64,000 nucleotides of DNA from an uncultured Pelagibacteraceae bacterium (lineage in GTDB: Bacteria; Pseudomonadota; Alphaproteobacteria; Pelagibacterales; Pelagibacteraceae). Numbering within the stretch: the stretch's first letter is position 1; each line of letters starts with the position of its first letter. The notes under the pieces were generated by a model. The model saw only the letters and a list, made by a program, of their open reading frames with translations. It made no database searches and had not been told where the DNA came from. Made by a program: the position numbers and the translations under genes. The stretch spans positions 5,414-69,413 of the forward strand of contig CACFUH010000001.1 of assembly GCA_902569415.1 (NCBI GenBank), written 5' to 3'. This document shows, in pieces, positions 48,738 to 64,000 of this stretch.

Positions 48738-49490
48738 ATGTCTGAAAAAACAAAAGTAAATGCTGCGATATTGATAATAGGCAATGAAATTTTGTCTGGA
48801 AGAACTCAAGACACAAATACAAGTACATTGGCATTATGGCTAAATTCTATTGGAGTAAAAGTTCAGGAAGTTAGAGTAATTCCTGATGTTGAAGAAACAA
48901 TTGTTAATTCAGTAAATTTGTTAAGAAAACAATATGATTATGTTTTTACAACAGGAGGCATAGGCCCAACGCATGATGATATAACAGCAGAATCAATATC
49001 TAAGGCATTCAATCTTAAATACGAGATGCACAAAGAAGGTTATAAGCTTCTTGAAAAATATTATAAACCTGGTGAGTTCAATGAAGGTAGACAAAAAATG
49101 ATTTGGATGCCTGAAAATGCAAAATTAATATTAAATCCAACAAGTGGAGCACCTGGTTTTAATGTTGAAAATGTTTTTTGTTTACCAGGAGTTCCTTCAA
49201 TTTTAAAATCTATGCTTGGTGGTTTAAAGCATTTAATAACAGGCGGTAAGCCGATATTAAGCTATACTATTAATCTTCGTACTGTTGAAAGTGAAATAGC
49301 AAATTCTTTAACAAAAGTTCAAGATAATAATAAAGATGTTGAAATAGGAAGTTATCCATTTTTTCAGGCAGGCAAACTGGGTGTTTCAATAGTAATTAGA
49401 TCTGAGGAACAAAGCAAAATTGATATTTGTAATTCACAAATATTAGATTTCATTAAAGAAAAAAAAATTGAATTAGTAAATAGAGATTAA
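48738..49490 (+). CDS. CinA-like / molybdopterin-binding domain protein
   Basis: IGNEILSGRTQDTN, TGGIGPTHDDIT, LPGVP, IGSYP. Confidence 0.9.
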   Translation: MSEKTKVNAAILIIGNEILSGRTQDTNTSTLALWLNSIGVKVQEVRVIPDVEETIVNSVNLLRKQYDYVFTTGGIGPTHDDITAESISKAFNLKYEMHKEGYKLLEKYYKPGEFNEGRQKMIWMPENAKLILNPTSGAPGFNVENVFCLPGVPSILKSMLGGLKHLITGGKPILSYTINLRTVESEIANSLTKVQDNNKDVEIGSYPFFQAGKLGVSIVIRSEEQSKIDICNSQILDFIKEKKIELVNRD

Positions 49491-49491
49491 T

Positions 49492-49935
49492 ATGCTTTAT
49501 TTTGCTTATGGAAGTAATTTAAACCATCATCAAATGAAAAACAGATGTAGTGGGGCAAAATATATAAAAAAATATACTCTTAATGGTTATAAGTTGTGCT
49601 TTAGTCATAAAACTAATCATTCAATTTATGGACATGCCAATATTATTAAAAATAAAAAAACAAAAGTTAACGGTGCTTTATGGCACATAAATAAAAAAGA
49701 TGAAAAAGAGTTAGATTGGTACGAAGGTGTTGACTATAATTATTATCAGAAAGAATATTTTACTATAAAAAAAAAGAGAGTTTTGGTGTATATTCAAAAT
49801 GTTTATTATTTAAAAAAACCTAATTCTACCTATCTGCATACAATAATAGAAGGTTATAAAGATTGTAAATTGGACTTAAAAAAATTAAAAAAAGTTATTT
49901 CTTATTATAAAATAAAATACAAAATAATTTGGTAA
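49492..49935 (+). CDS. Gamma-glutamylcyclotransferase family protein
   Basis: YFAYGSNL, LDWYEG, PNSTYL. Confidence 0.88.
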   Translation: MLYFAYGSNLNHHQMKNRCSGAKYIKKYTLNGYKLCFSHKTNHSIYGHANIIKNKKTKVNGALWHINKKDEKELDWYEGVDYNYYQKEYFTIKKKRVLVYIQNVYYLKKPNSTYLHTIIEGYKDCKLDLKKLKKVISYYKIKYKIIW

Positions 49936-49950
49936 AAACTTTAAAAATAT

Positions 49951-50553
49951 ATGCTCGATCTTTACAAATATAGTAAAAAAAATAAATTTTATTCTTATTT
50001 AATTAAGAACTTTCTTGGAGTTAAGACAGAGAGTTTAGAAAAATCTTTTTTTCATTCTAGTAGTATTGAATTAGATGTTCAAAAAGATTTTTTTTATGAT
50101 TATAAAAAAAAAAATCCAATTACTAAATGGTGTGATATGAATAACAGAGAGCACTATCAATCTAATCATGACTTACAAAAATTAAAAGTTTTTAAAAATT
50201 CATTAATTTCGATTGAAAATTTTATGAATAATGAAATAAAAAATAATGTAATGGGAATTAATTTCCTTGGTAAATTTAGAGTAAAAAATTTATGGTTTAC
50301 AATTCAAAGTGAAAATGAGGGCCATGCTTCTCATAATCATCCAAAATCTATTCTTTCTGGAGTTTATTATTTCTCGATTGATGAAAATAAAGGTGGTGAG
50401 ATTGAAATTTTAAATGAAAATGAAAAAATTAATCATAAACCAAAAAAAAATGATATTATCATTTTTCATTCAAATATTTATCATTCAGTCAAACCTTATA
50501 TAGGTAAAAATGATAGAATTGCTCTAGTCTGGGATGCAATATATACATTGTAA
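49951..50553 (+). CDS. Putative 2OG-Fe(II) oxygenase
   Basis: HNHP...SGVYY, IIF, YHSV, DRI (HxH...H...R). Confidence 0.8.
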   Translation: MLDLYKYSKKNKFYSYLIKNFLGVKTESLEKSFFHSSSIELDVQKDFFYDYKKKNPITKWCDMNNREHYQSNHDLQKLKVFKNSLISIENFMNNEIKNNVMGINFLGKFRVKNLWFTIQSENEGHASHNHPKSILSGVYYFSIDENKGGEIEILNENEKINHKPKKNDIIIFHSNIYHSVKPYIGKNDRIALVWDAIYTL

Positions 50554-50555
50554 CT

Positions 50556-51296
50556 ATGGGATTTTTAAAAACCATTAAGAGAAAATACATTAATTTTAAT
50601 GAATATTTATTTGGAGATACAAATTTAAAAATTTCAAATAAGAATATTTTAATTACAGGTTCTAACTCAGGTATAGGTCTGTGTATTTTTAAAAAAATTA
50701 TTACCGACAATAGTGTTTTAGCGTTTGTAAATAATAACTCAGATGAAGTAAGTAAATTTAAAACAAATAACTCTTCTATAGTTAAATGTGATTTTAGTGA
50801 TATCAGTAATTTAAAAAAATATAATCAATCAATTAAAGATTTTAAACCTAATATAATTATTAATTGTGCAGCAACATTTGGTGACTCAACTGAAATAAAA
50901 AATATTGACTTTGAAAAATATCATAAAGTATTAAATATAAATGTTCTTGCTCCAATTTTAATTATTCAAAATTCATTGGAGACCAACAATTTAGAGCTAA
51001 TATTAAATATTAGCAGTGAAATGGGTAGTATTAATTTGAACAAAACTGGCAATTATTATTATTATAGATCCTCAAAATCTTTACTAAATTCTTTTTCAAA
51101 AAATCTTTCAATAGAATTAAAAAATAAAGTTAATGTTTATTGTGTACATCCAGGTAATGTTAAAACAAAAATGAATACAGGTGGAATATTAAGTCCAGAA
51201 TTTGCTGCACAAAAAATAATAAATATATGCGCAACTAACGACAATAAACTAAGTGGCGTGTTAATAGATATTAATAAAAATATTTTACCTTGGTAA
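50556..51296 (+). CDS. Short-chain dehydrogenase/reductase
   Basis: ITGSNSGIG, ISSEMGS, YRSSK, HPGNVKT. Confidence 0.88.
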   Translation: MGFLKTIKRKYINFNEYLFGDTNLKISNKNILITGSNSGIGLCIFKKIITDNSVLAFVNNNSDEVSKFKTNNSSIVKCDFSDISNLKKYNQSIKDFKPNIIINCAATFGDSTEIKNIDFEKYHKVLNINVLAPILIIQNSLETNNLELILNISSEMGSINLNKTGNYYYYRSSKSLLNSFSKNLSIELKNKVNVYCVHPGNVKTKMNTGGILSPEFAAQKIINICATNDNKLSGVLIDINKNILPW

Positions 51297-51302
51297 AAAA
51301 AA

Positions 51303-52100
51303 TCATTTTTTTTCAAAAAAAGTCCAATGCCACTCTAAACTATTCGTATACTTTTTAAACCAAAACGAAAGGTACCTTTCTGCTAAATAAGCGTAAAGTC
51401 GTTGTTGATCATAACCTTTTAAATTATTTAAACCAAAAACTTTTTCACATTTAAAAAGCCATTTAAATAAATCATTAAACCACATGGACAATATTTTTTT
51501 TTTTGCAACAAACATAATATTAGGGTTAAATTTATCTTTTTTACTTACAAAATCATCAAACTCAGATCTATCTTCTTTATTTAGTAATTTAATTGCTTCA
51601 TCTAGAACTCCATAACCATGATGCATATCAAAATGCAATTTAATTGAATGTTTTTTTTTGTTAAAAATAATGTCTGGATCTTTAACTAAATTTTTCCAAC
51701 CTCTTTTTATTATTTTCATTTTTTTTGGATTTGAAACACTAATTGCCTTACAAATAATACTATCGTACTTTTCCCATTTTTTGGGAGGATACTTTAGTAT
51801 ATTTTTTTCTAGGTCTTTAATAGATTTTATTCTGATTTTACTTTTTATCCAAAACCTTCTTTTTTGACAAAATCCTATCCATTCATTTGCACTGTATCTG
51901 TCTAATCTATTTTTCCAAAACCAATAATGAAAAGTAAGTTCTGAATAATTTCTCTCTTTTTTTTGAATATTATTTCCTTTATTACACACAATATAATTAT
52001 TGGGGAATTTTTTCTTTCCTACACCAGCTAATTTTAAATTTAAGTTATTTAAATAATCATAAGCTATGTTTGTTACGCAAAAGATATTTAATTTATTCAT
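51303..52100 (-). CDS. DUF4422-type putative glycosyltransferase
   Basis: YSELTFHYWFWKN, IGFCQKRR, LFKWLF, RLYAYLAERY. Confidence 0.75.
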   Translation of the reverse strand: MNKLNIFCVTNIAYDYLNNLNLKLAGVGKKKFPNNYIVCNKGNNIQKKERNYSELTFHYWFWKNRLDRYSANEWIGFCQKRRFWIKSKIRIKSIKDLEKNILKYPPKKWEKYDSIICKAISVSNPKKMKIIKRGWKNLVKDPDIIFNKKKHSIKLHFDMHHGYGVLDEAIKLLNKEDRSEFDDFVSKKDKFNPNIMFVAKKKILSMWFNDLFKWLFKCEKVFGLNNLKGYDQQRLYAYLAERYLSFWFKKYTNSLEWHWTFFEKK

Positions 52101-52287
52101 GAAACGTAAAACTTTGTTTATTTCATTAATTATCTAGCTAACCTATAAAATTCTATAGTTAATTTCAATTCGAGCTTTAGTACTACGTAATTAGAGTAAA
52201 TATATTTAGGAGATAAATTAAAAAATTTTACTTATTAGACTTGTTCAATTATAAATATTAGCATAAACACTCATGAAAATAACTCAT

Positions 52288-52373
52288 GCCCTCGTGGTGA
52301 AATTGGTAGACACAAAGGACTTAAAATCCTTGCCCTTTTGGGAGTGCCAGTTCGAGTCTGGCCGAGGGCACCA
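52288..52373 (+). tRNA. tRNA-Leu(TAA)
   Basis: GCCCTCG/CGAGGGC acceptor stem, AAGGA-CTTAAAA-TCCTT, long variable arm, CCA. Confidence 0.95.
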
Positions 52374-52378
52374 CTAAT

Positions 52379-53146
52379 ATGAATAAACCAGTAATTATTT
52401 CTGACTCAAACAAAAAATCATTAAAGATAAAATCTTTTCTTGTTAGAAATCTGAAAATCCTATCATCCAAATCAAAAGTAGTAATTGTAATTGGAGGTGA
52501 TGGTTTTATGCTTAAAACATTAAAGCAAAATAAAGGTTCATCAAAATTATTTTATGGAATAAATTCAGGCAATTATGGTTTTTTGATGAATAAATTTTCA
52601 CCAAAGCATACAATAAAAAATTTTTCAAAAGCTAAGATGATTACGATATCTCCTTTAGAATTAGTTGTAAAAAATAAAACGGGATTAAAAAAGAAATCGA
52701 TTGCAATAAACGAAGTTTCAATTTTAAGACAAAGTCGACAGGCTGCTTCTCTATCAATTCAAACCGGAACAAAAACTATTATTAAGAGATTAATATCAGA
52801 CGGTGTTTTGGTATCTACTCCAGCAGGCAGTACAGCTTACAACTTATCAGTTCATGGACCTATTTTGAGTTTACATTCAAAAAAACTTTCTATCTCACCA
52901 ATAAGTGCATTTAGACCAAGAAGATGGAAAGGTAAAATTATAAGTGATAAATCAATTGTAAAAATAAAAAATTTAAATCCTAAAAAAAGACCAATCAGTG
53001 CTGTAGCTGATAATTTAGAATTTAGAAATGCAAAAACAGTTACAGTAAAAACTAATAAAAAAATTAAATTTAATTTACTTTACGATTCTAATAGAAGTCT
53101 TCAAAAAAAAATTAAACTAGAACAAATAAGAAGAGAAACTTCTTAA
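52379..53146 (+). CDS. nadK: NAD kinase
   Basis: GGDGFML, GNYGFL, NEV, DG...STPAGSTAYNLS. Confidence 0.93.
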   Translation: MNKPVIISDSNKKSLKIKSFLVRNLKILSSKSKVVIVIGGDGFMLKTLKQNKGSSKLFYGINSGNYGFLMNKFSPKHTIKNFSKAKMITISPLELVVKNKTGLKKKSIAINEVSILRQSRQAASLSIQTGTKTIIKRLISDGVLVSTPAGSTAYNLSVHGPILSLHSKKLSISPISAFRPRRWKGKIISDKSIVKIKNLNPKKRPISAVADNLEFRNAKTVTVKTNKKIKFNLLYDSNRSLQKKIKLEQIRRETS

Positions 53147-53222
53147 TGGTGCCCCCGCACGGATTCGAACCGCGGACCTATTGATTACAAATCAATTGCT
53201 CTACCAGCTGAGCTACAAGGGC
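53147..53222 (-). tRNA. tRNA-Thr(TGT)
   Basis: Reverse complement GCCCTTGTAGCTCAG...ATTGA-TTTGTAA-TCAAT...GGTTCGAATCC...GGGGGCACCA. Confidence 0.95.
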
Positions 53223-53251
53223 TTGTTGAATATTTATTAATATTTTTTAAA

Positions 53252-53998
53252 CTAATCAAGATCTTTTTTTCTTTTCATTATGTTATGAAACGCAATAGCA
53301 GCACTATTTGATATATTTAAGCTTTCTATTTTTTGATTAATTTCTATTTTAACTGCAAAGTCAATATATTTTTCAGTATGTTTTTTTATACCGAAACCCT
53401 CTGAACCAAAAAGAAGTATGTTATTTCCCTTCCATTCAATTTCAGTAAAATCTTTTTTACTTTTTGAATCAAAGCCATAGACCCAAAAGTTTTTTTCTCT
53501 CAGGGATTTTAAAGTGGTATTTATATTTGCAACTTTAAAAATATTAACTTCCTCCATACTACCACTTGCAGATTTGTACATCAATTTACTTTCATCAGGG
53601 AAATGTCTATCTTTAACTATAATTCCATCAATATTAAATGATGCTGCACTTCTTATTACTGATCCTATATTTCTTGGATCAGTTACTTCATTTAAGCAAG
53701 CTAAAGTTAAATTGTTTTTATTTTTGATAAATTCTTTTAAAACTAATTCATCTAGATGTTCTACCTCAGCGACATAACCTTGATGAAGTAATTCTTCATT
53801 TCCAACATATTTATCTAATTCTTTTTTAGTCTTAAAATATATTTTAACACTTTTAAGTAGATCTTTTTTAGAATTTTCTCTGTGTATATTTTTTTTGCTT
53901 TCCTCAGTTAAAAAAACTCTTAAGACCCTTCGATTTGTATTTTTTAAAGCCCCTATAACCGCATGTTTGCCTATAATAAAAAATGATCTTTTATTCAT
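53252..53998 (-). CDS. rlmB: TrmH/RlmB family rRNA methyltransferase
   Basis: HQG, TDPRNIGSVIRSA, GSEGFG, ESLNIS. Confidence 0.85.
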   Translation of the reverse strand: MNKRSFFIIGKHAVIGALKNTNRRVLRVFLTEESKKNIHRENSKKDLLKSVKIYFKTKKELDKYVGNEELLHQGYVAEVEHLDELVLKEFIKNKNNLTLACLNEVTDPRNIGSVIRSAASFNIDGIIVKDRHFPDESKLMYKSASGSMEEVNIFKVANINTTLKSLREKNFWVYGFDSKSKKDFTEIEWKGNNILLFGSEGFGIKKHTEKYIDFAVKIEINQKIESLNISNSAAIAFHNIMKRKKDLD

Positions 53999-54052
53999 AA
54001 ATTTTATTGCTTTTTACATGTTTTTTTACTTATTTTCTCACTATTTCTCGTA

Positions 54053-54080
54053 TTGCATTTATGCAATAAAAATATATAAA
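54053..54080 (+). promoter_or_regulatory. Putative promoter of the tRNA-tuf-rpoBC cluster
   Basis: TTGCAT-N16-TATAAA; the -35 lies inside the perfect inverted repeat TATTGCAT-TT-ATGCAATA. Confidence 0.55.
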
Positions 54081-54132
54081 CCGCTTGTTGTTTAAAGCTT
54101 TATTGAACAAGGGGACGCTTCCCCTGCGAAAA

Positions 54133-54218
<86 letters not shown>

Positions 54219-54260
54219 TTTAATTTTGTTTTAAATAATATTGGAGTGAACTTGGGTGTT

Positions 54261-54334
54261 GCGGGTGTAGTTCAATGGTAGAACGCTAGCCTTCCAAGCT
54301 GGATGTAAGGGTTCGATTCCCTTTACCCGCTCCA
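54261..54334 (+). tRNA. tRNA-Gly(TCC)
   Basis: GCGGGTG/TACCCGC acceptor stem, CT-TCC-AA loop, TCCA end. Confidence 0.95.
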
Positions 54335-54378
54335 AAAATTATAAAAAAAAAGAAAAAGGAAAAAGAGGTAAAAATATA

Positions 54379-55569
54379 ATGTCGAAAGAAAAGTTTGTAA
54401 GAAATAAACCGCACTGTAACATTGGTACAATCGGTCACGTCGATCACGGTAAAACAACTTTAACGGCCGCTATAACTAAAGTTCTATCTGAAAGTGGTGG
54501 TGCGAATTTTGTTGCTTATGATCAAATAGATAAAGCCCCTGAAGAAAAAGAGAGAGGGATAACAATATCAACAGCACACGTAGAGTATGAAACTGAAAAA
54601 AGACACTACGCTCACGTTGACTGCCCAGGTCATGCTGACTATGTGAAAAATATGATCACAGGTGCAGCACAGATGGATGGAGCAATCTTAGTTGTTAATG
54701 CTGCTGATGGTCCTATGCCTCAAACAAGAGAGCATATTCTTTTGGCAAGACAAGTTGGAGTTCCGGCAATAGTTGTTTACTTAAATAAAGTAGATCAAGT
54801 TCAAGATAAAGAATTAATTGATCTTGTTGAAGAAGAAATAAAAGAACTATTAACTTCATATAAATTTCCTGGAGACAAAACACCAATTATCAAAGGATCA
54901 GCTTTAAATGCAGTCGAAGGAAAAGACGAAGCAACTGGAAAAAACTCTATTATGGAATTAATGAAAGCAGTTGATGAATTTATACCACAACCAGATAGAC
55001 CAAAAGACAAACCTTTTTTAATGCCAGTAGAAGATGTATTCTCTATTTCTGGAAGAGGAACAGTTGTAACCGGAAGAGTAGAATCTGGAGTTATAAAAAC
55101 TGGAGAAGAAATAGAAATAGTTGGTATAAGAGACACAAAAAAATCAGTTTGTACTGGTGTAGAAATGTTTAGAAAACTTTTAGATACAGGAGAAGCTGGT
55201 GACAATATTGGAGCTCTATTAAGAGGTGTAGAAAGAACTGATGTCGAAAGAGGCCAAGTATTGTGTAAACCTGGTTCAGTTACTCCACATACAAAATTTG
55301 AAGCTCAAGCATATGTACTTAAAAAAGAAGAAGGAGGAAGGCACACACCATTCTTTACCAAGTACAGACCACAGTTTTATTTTAGAACTACAGACGTAAC
55401 AGGAGAAGTTGAATTACCTTCTGGAACTGAAATGGTAATGCCAGGTGATGATGCTAAGTTTACAGTAAAATTAATTACACCAATCGCAATGAGTGAAAAA
55501 TTAAATTTTGCCATTAGAGAAGGTGGAAGAACTGTTGGAGCTGGAGTAGTAACTAAGATTATAGAGTAA
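54379..55569 (+). CDS. tuf: Elongation factor Tu
   Basis: [22 protein letters not shown]. Confidence 0.99.
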   Translation: MSKEKFVRNKPHCNIGTIGHVDHGKTTLTAAITKVLSESGGANFVAYDQIDKAPEEKERGITISTAHVEYETEKRHYAHVDCPGHADYVKNMITGAAQMDGAILVVNAADGPMPQTREHILLARQVGVPAIVVYLNKVDQVQDKELIDLVEEEIKELLTSYKFPGDKTPIIKGSALNAVEGKDEATGKNSIMELMKAVDEFIPQPDRPKDKPFLMPVEDVFSISGRGTVVTGRVESGVIKTGEEIEIVGIRDTKKSVCTGVEMFRKLLDTGEAGDNIGALLRGVERTDVERGQVLCKPGSVTPHTKFEAQAYVLKKEEGGRHTPFFTKYRPQFYFRTTDVTGEVELPSGTEMVMPGDDAKFTVKLITPIAMSEKLNFAIREGGRTVGAGVVTKIIE

Positions 55570-55577
55570 GCTCCCAT

Positions 55578-55653
55578 AGGAGTGTAGCTCAATTGGTAGA
55601 GCGCCGGTCTCCAAAACCGGAGGTTGGGGGTTCGATTCCCTCCGCTCCTGCCA
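55578..55653 (+). tRNA. tRNA-Trp(CCA)
   Basis: AGGAGTG/CGCTCCT acceptor stem, CCGGT-CTCCAAA-ACCGG; canonical tuf-trpT-secE position. Confidence 0.95.
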
Positions 55654-55672
55654 AAATTGGAGATTTATATTT

Positions 55673-55864
55673 ATGAAAAATCCATTGAAATTCATTCAAG
55701 AGGTTAAACAAGAAGCTTTTAGAGTTACTTGGCCTACAGGAAAAGAAACTATGCAAGGAACCTTAATGGTCATAGCAATGGCAATAGTAGCCTCGTTATT
55801 TTTTCTTCTTTTAGACCAATTTCTAAAATTTTTCTTAGAACTAGTATTAAAGATTAGTATATAA
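55673..55864 (+). CDS. secE: Preprotein translocase SecE
   Basis: EVKQEAFRVTWPT plus one TM segment. Confidence 0.95.
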   Translation: MKNPLKFIQEVKQEAFRVTWPTGKETMQGTLMVIAMAIVASLFFLLLDQFLKFFLELVLKISI

Positions 55865-55867
55865 CTT

Positions 55868-56398
55868 ATGAAAAATTGGTATATCGTTCAGTCACATTCT
55901 AGCTTTGAAAATAAAGTAGCTCAATTAATTAAAGAAGAGGCCGATAAAGCAAAAGTTTCTGAAAAGATTGAAGAAATAATTGTGCCTACTCACGATGTTA
56001 CTGAAGTAAAAAGAGGAAAAAGAATACAGAGGAAAAAAAAATACTTTCCAGGATATGTTCTTATTAAAAGTGAAATGGATAATGATTTATACCATATGAT
56101 AAAAGGAATAAAAAAAGTAAGTGGCTTTTTAGGGACAAAAGGGATTCCAGTTCCAGTATCTGATAAAGAAATTGAAAAAATTTTAGGTCAAATTAAAGAT
56201 GGTGTGGCTCAACCAAAATCTGGAATCGAATATACTGTTGGCGAAAAAGTTCAAGTTATTGATGGACCGTTTGCATCATTTAGTGGTTTAGTTGAAGATA
56301 TTGATGAAGAAAAATCTAGACTTAAGGTGTCAGTTTCTATATTTGGTAGACCAACACCTGTAGATTTAGAATATAACCAAGTAGAGAAAGCAAGTTAA
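55868..56398 (+). CDS. nusG: Transcription termination/antitermination factor
   Basis: [23 protein letters not shown]. Confidence 0.98.
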   Translation: MKNWYIVQSHSSFENKVAQLIKEEADKAKVSEKIEEIIVPTHDVTEVKRGKRIQRKKKYFPGYVLIKSEMDNDLYHMIKGIKKVSGFLGTKGIPVPVSDKEIEKILGQIKDGVAQPKSGIEYTVGEKVQVIDGPFASFSGLVEDIDEEKSRLKVSVSIFGRPTPVDLEYNQVEKAS

Positions 56399-56826
56399 TG
56401 GCAAAAAAAGAAATTAGTGGTTACGTAAAATTGCAAATAAAAGGTGGTCAAGCAAATCCAGCCCCACCTGTTGGCCCTGCATTAGGACAAAGGGGAATTA
56501 ATATTATGGAATTTTGTAAAGCATTTAATGAAAAAACAAAAAATTTTATGGGGAAACCTGTTCCAGTTGTTATTACAGTTTATAAAGACAAAAAATTTGA
56601 TTTTATAATTAAAACTCCACCAGCATCACATTTTATAAAAGAAGCAGTAAAATTAAAAAGTGGTTCGCAAGAACCGGGTAGAAACATAGTTGGATCTATA
56701 ACAAAAAAACAACTTGAAGAAATTGCCAAACAAAAAATGGCAGATTTAAATGCTAATGATTTAGAAGAAGCTTCTAAAATTATTGCAGGATCAGCAAGAT
56801 CAATGGGTATTGAGGTGAAAGAGTAA
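56398..56826 (+). CDS. rplK: 50S ribosomal protein L11
   Basis: [29 protein letters not shown]. Confidence 0.98.
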   Translation: MAKKEISGYVKLQIKGGQANPAPPVGPALGQRGINIMEFCKAFNEKTKNFMGKPVPVVITVYKDKKFDFIIKTPPASHFIKEAVKLKSGSQEPGRNIVGSITKKQLEEIAKQKMADLNANDLEEASKIIAGSARSMGIEVKE

Positions 56827-57515
56827 TGACTTCAAAAAGATATAAAAAATTACCAACAGAAACTAAGAAACTTCCATCTGCATTAATCGAAAAAATAATC
56901 CCAGAATTAAAAAAAAATTGTACAACTAAATTCGACGAATCTATCGACTTAAGTTTACAAATAAATAATAAACAAAAAAAAAATGAAATAAATTTAAGAA
57001 CTTTTGTCAATCTTCCATCTGGATCAGGAAAAAAAATTATGGTTGCAGTTGTATGTGAAGATTCTAAGGCTCAATTAGCTAAAGATTCAGGTGCTGATAT
57101 TGTTGGGGGAGATGATTTTATAGAAAAAATTAAAGCGGGTGAACTAAATTTTAAAAAGTTAATTTGCACTCCTTCAATGATGATTAAGTTGTCTAAATTA
57201 GGAAAAGTTCTTGGACCCAAAGGTCTAATGCCAAACCCAAAACTTGGTACTGTTACTGATGATTTAAAAAAAGCCATTTCAGATGCAAAATTAGGACAGG
57301 TTGAAATTAAAAACGACAAAGATGGAAATATAGGACTTAGCTTAGGAAAAAAATCTTTTTCTGACGACAAAGTAGTTAAAAATTTTACAGCTGTGCTTGA
57401 AGTTCTGGAAAGAGAAAAAGGAAACCAAACAGTTAAAGGAGATTTAATTAAAAGCGCTTTTTTAACTTCAACAATGGGTGTATCTTATAAATTAAAATTA
57501 CCGAAAAATATTTAA
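56826..57515 (+). CDS. rplA: 50S ribosomal protein L1
   Basis: KFDES, LGPKGLMPNPK.GTV, STMG; synteny. Confidence 0.96.
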   Translation: MTSKRYKKLPTETKKLPSALIEKIIPELKKNCTTKFDESIDLSLQINNKQKKNEINLRTFVNLPSGSGKKIMVAVVCEDSKAQLAKDSGADIVGGDDFIEKIKAGELNFKKLICTPSMMIKLSKLGKVLGPKGLMPNPKLGTVTDDLKKAISDAKLGQVEIKNDKDGNIGLSLGKKSFSDDKVVKNFTAVLEVLEREKGNQTVKGDLIKSAFLTSTMGVSYKLKLPKNI

Positions 57516-57517
57516 TT

Positions 57518-58027
57518 ATGATGAACAAAGAAAAAAAGAAAAATTATATTAATGAGATGACCGTTCAATTTGATAAGTCAGAGGCGGTAATAGTTGCTCA
57601 TTATCAAGGCTTGACAGTTACTCAACTAGATGAATTGCGAGCAAAAATGAGAGAACATGGAATTATTTTTAAAATAACTAAAAACAGAATTACTAAACTC
57701 GCATTAGAAAAAACAAGATGTAAAGAATTATCAAATTTATTCTCAGGCCCAACAGCTGTTGCACTTTCAAAAGACGCAATAACGTCAGCTAAAATATTAA
57801 CAAATTTTTCTAAAGAAAATAGCAACCTAAAAATTTTAGGTGGAATCATGGGGAATGACATTTTAGATGTAGCGGGAGTAAAAAATGTCGCTACTTTACC
57901 ATCATTAGATGAAGCGAGGGCTAAAATTGTGGGTATTTTAAGATCACCAGCACAAAAAATCGCAAGTATTTTACTTGCACCTGCCTCAAAAATCGCTATT
58001 TTGGCGCTGGAAAAATCAAAAAAATAA
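57518..58027 (+). CDS. rplJ: 50S ribosomal protein L10
   Basis: YQGLTV, KNRI, GPTA, LPSLDE; synteny. Confidence 0.96.
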   Translation: MMNKEKKKNYINEMTVQFDKSEAVIVAHYQGLTVTQLDELRAKMREHGIIFKITKNRITKLALEKTRCKELSNLFSGPTAVALSKDAITSAKILTNFSKENSNLKILGGIMGNDILDVAGVKNVATLPSLDEARAKIVGILRSPAQKIASILLAPASKIAILALEKSKK

Positions 58028-58041
58028 CCTAGGCAAATTAT

Positions 58042-58413
58042 ATGGCAGACTTAAATAAAATTATAGATGACTTATCAAGTTTGACAGTTGTTGAAGCAGC
58101 AGAACTTTCAAAACAACTTGAGGAAAAATGGGGTGTTACAGCAGCAGCAGCAGTTGCAGCAGCACCAGCAGCAGCAGGTGGAGCAGCACCAGCAGAAGAA
58201 AAAGATGAATTTACAATTATGTTAACTGCAGCAGGTGATAAAAAAATTAATGTAATTAAAGAAGTAAGAGCAGTTACATCACTTGGATTAAAAGAAGCTA
58301 AAGATTTAGTAGAAGGTGCACCTAAAGAAGTAAAATCAGGTGTAAATAAAAAAGAAGCAGAAGAAATAAAAGCTAAATTAGAAGCTGCGGGCGCTAAAGT
58401 AGAACTTAAGTAA
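58042..58413 (+). CDS. rplL: 50S ribosomal protein L7/L12
   Basis: EEKWGV, Ala-rich hinge, [16 protein letters not shown]. Confidence 0.98.
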   Translation: MADLNKIIDDLSSLTVVEAAELSKQLEEKWGVTAAAAVAAAPAAAGGAAPAEEKDEFTIMLTAAGDKKINVIKEVRAVTSLGLKEAKDLVEGAPKEVKSGVNKKEAEEIKAKLEAAGAKVELK

Positions 58414-58466
58414 TAAAAGAAAGAATTTTAATTGTTGGTTTTTTATTAAATCAACAAACAACATAG

Positions 58467-64000
<5,534 letters not shown>

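Noticed and set aside
48718-48834. Extended sfsA start overlapping the cinA-like gene
   Set aside because: SfsA similarity starts at ATG 48717.
58141-58196. GCA-rich tandem repeat
   Set aside because: It encodes the normal Ala-rich hinge of L7/L12.

Overview
A very AT-rich, gene-dense alphaproteobacterial chromosome segment with tiny intergenic gaps. Gene content and streamlining fit Pelagibacterales (SAR11); this assignment is an inference from recognised protein families, with no database search. Most of the window is core genome: partial guaC, rmlBACD, apt, mtnP-mtnA-aldolase, a SpeD-SpeE fusion, a polar amino-acid ABC transporter, rpoZ, dusA, pmm/pgm, nrdAB, prpDBC, glmU(C-terminal only)-glmS, class II DAHP synthase, nadE, cysS, cimA, rpsD, purB-C-S-Q-L, map, sfsA, NAD kinase, six intact tRNAs and tuf-secE-nusG-rplKAJL-rpoB-rpoC (rpoC partial). 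The most unusual structure is a ~2 kb integrase-less island (655-2610). It lies between a 56-nt 5' fragment of tRNA-Met and the intact tRNA-Met, so the 5' end is duplicated instead of the usual 3' end. The island carries its own diverged copy of the tRNA promoter, tandem TGACWCA arm-like repeats at both ends, and six tightly packed small ORFs, four predicted exported or membrane proteins. Other notable items are a candidate DHAP-shunt/polyamine cluster, an acetyltransferase-only GlmU, and LexA plus NrdR boxes before nrdAB. No CRISPR, rRNA, integrase or transposase was seen.
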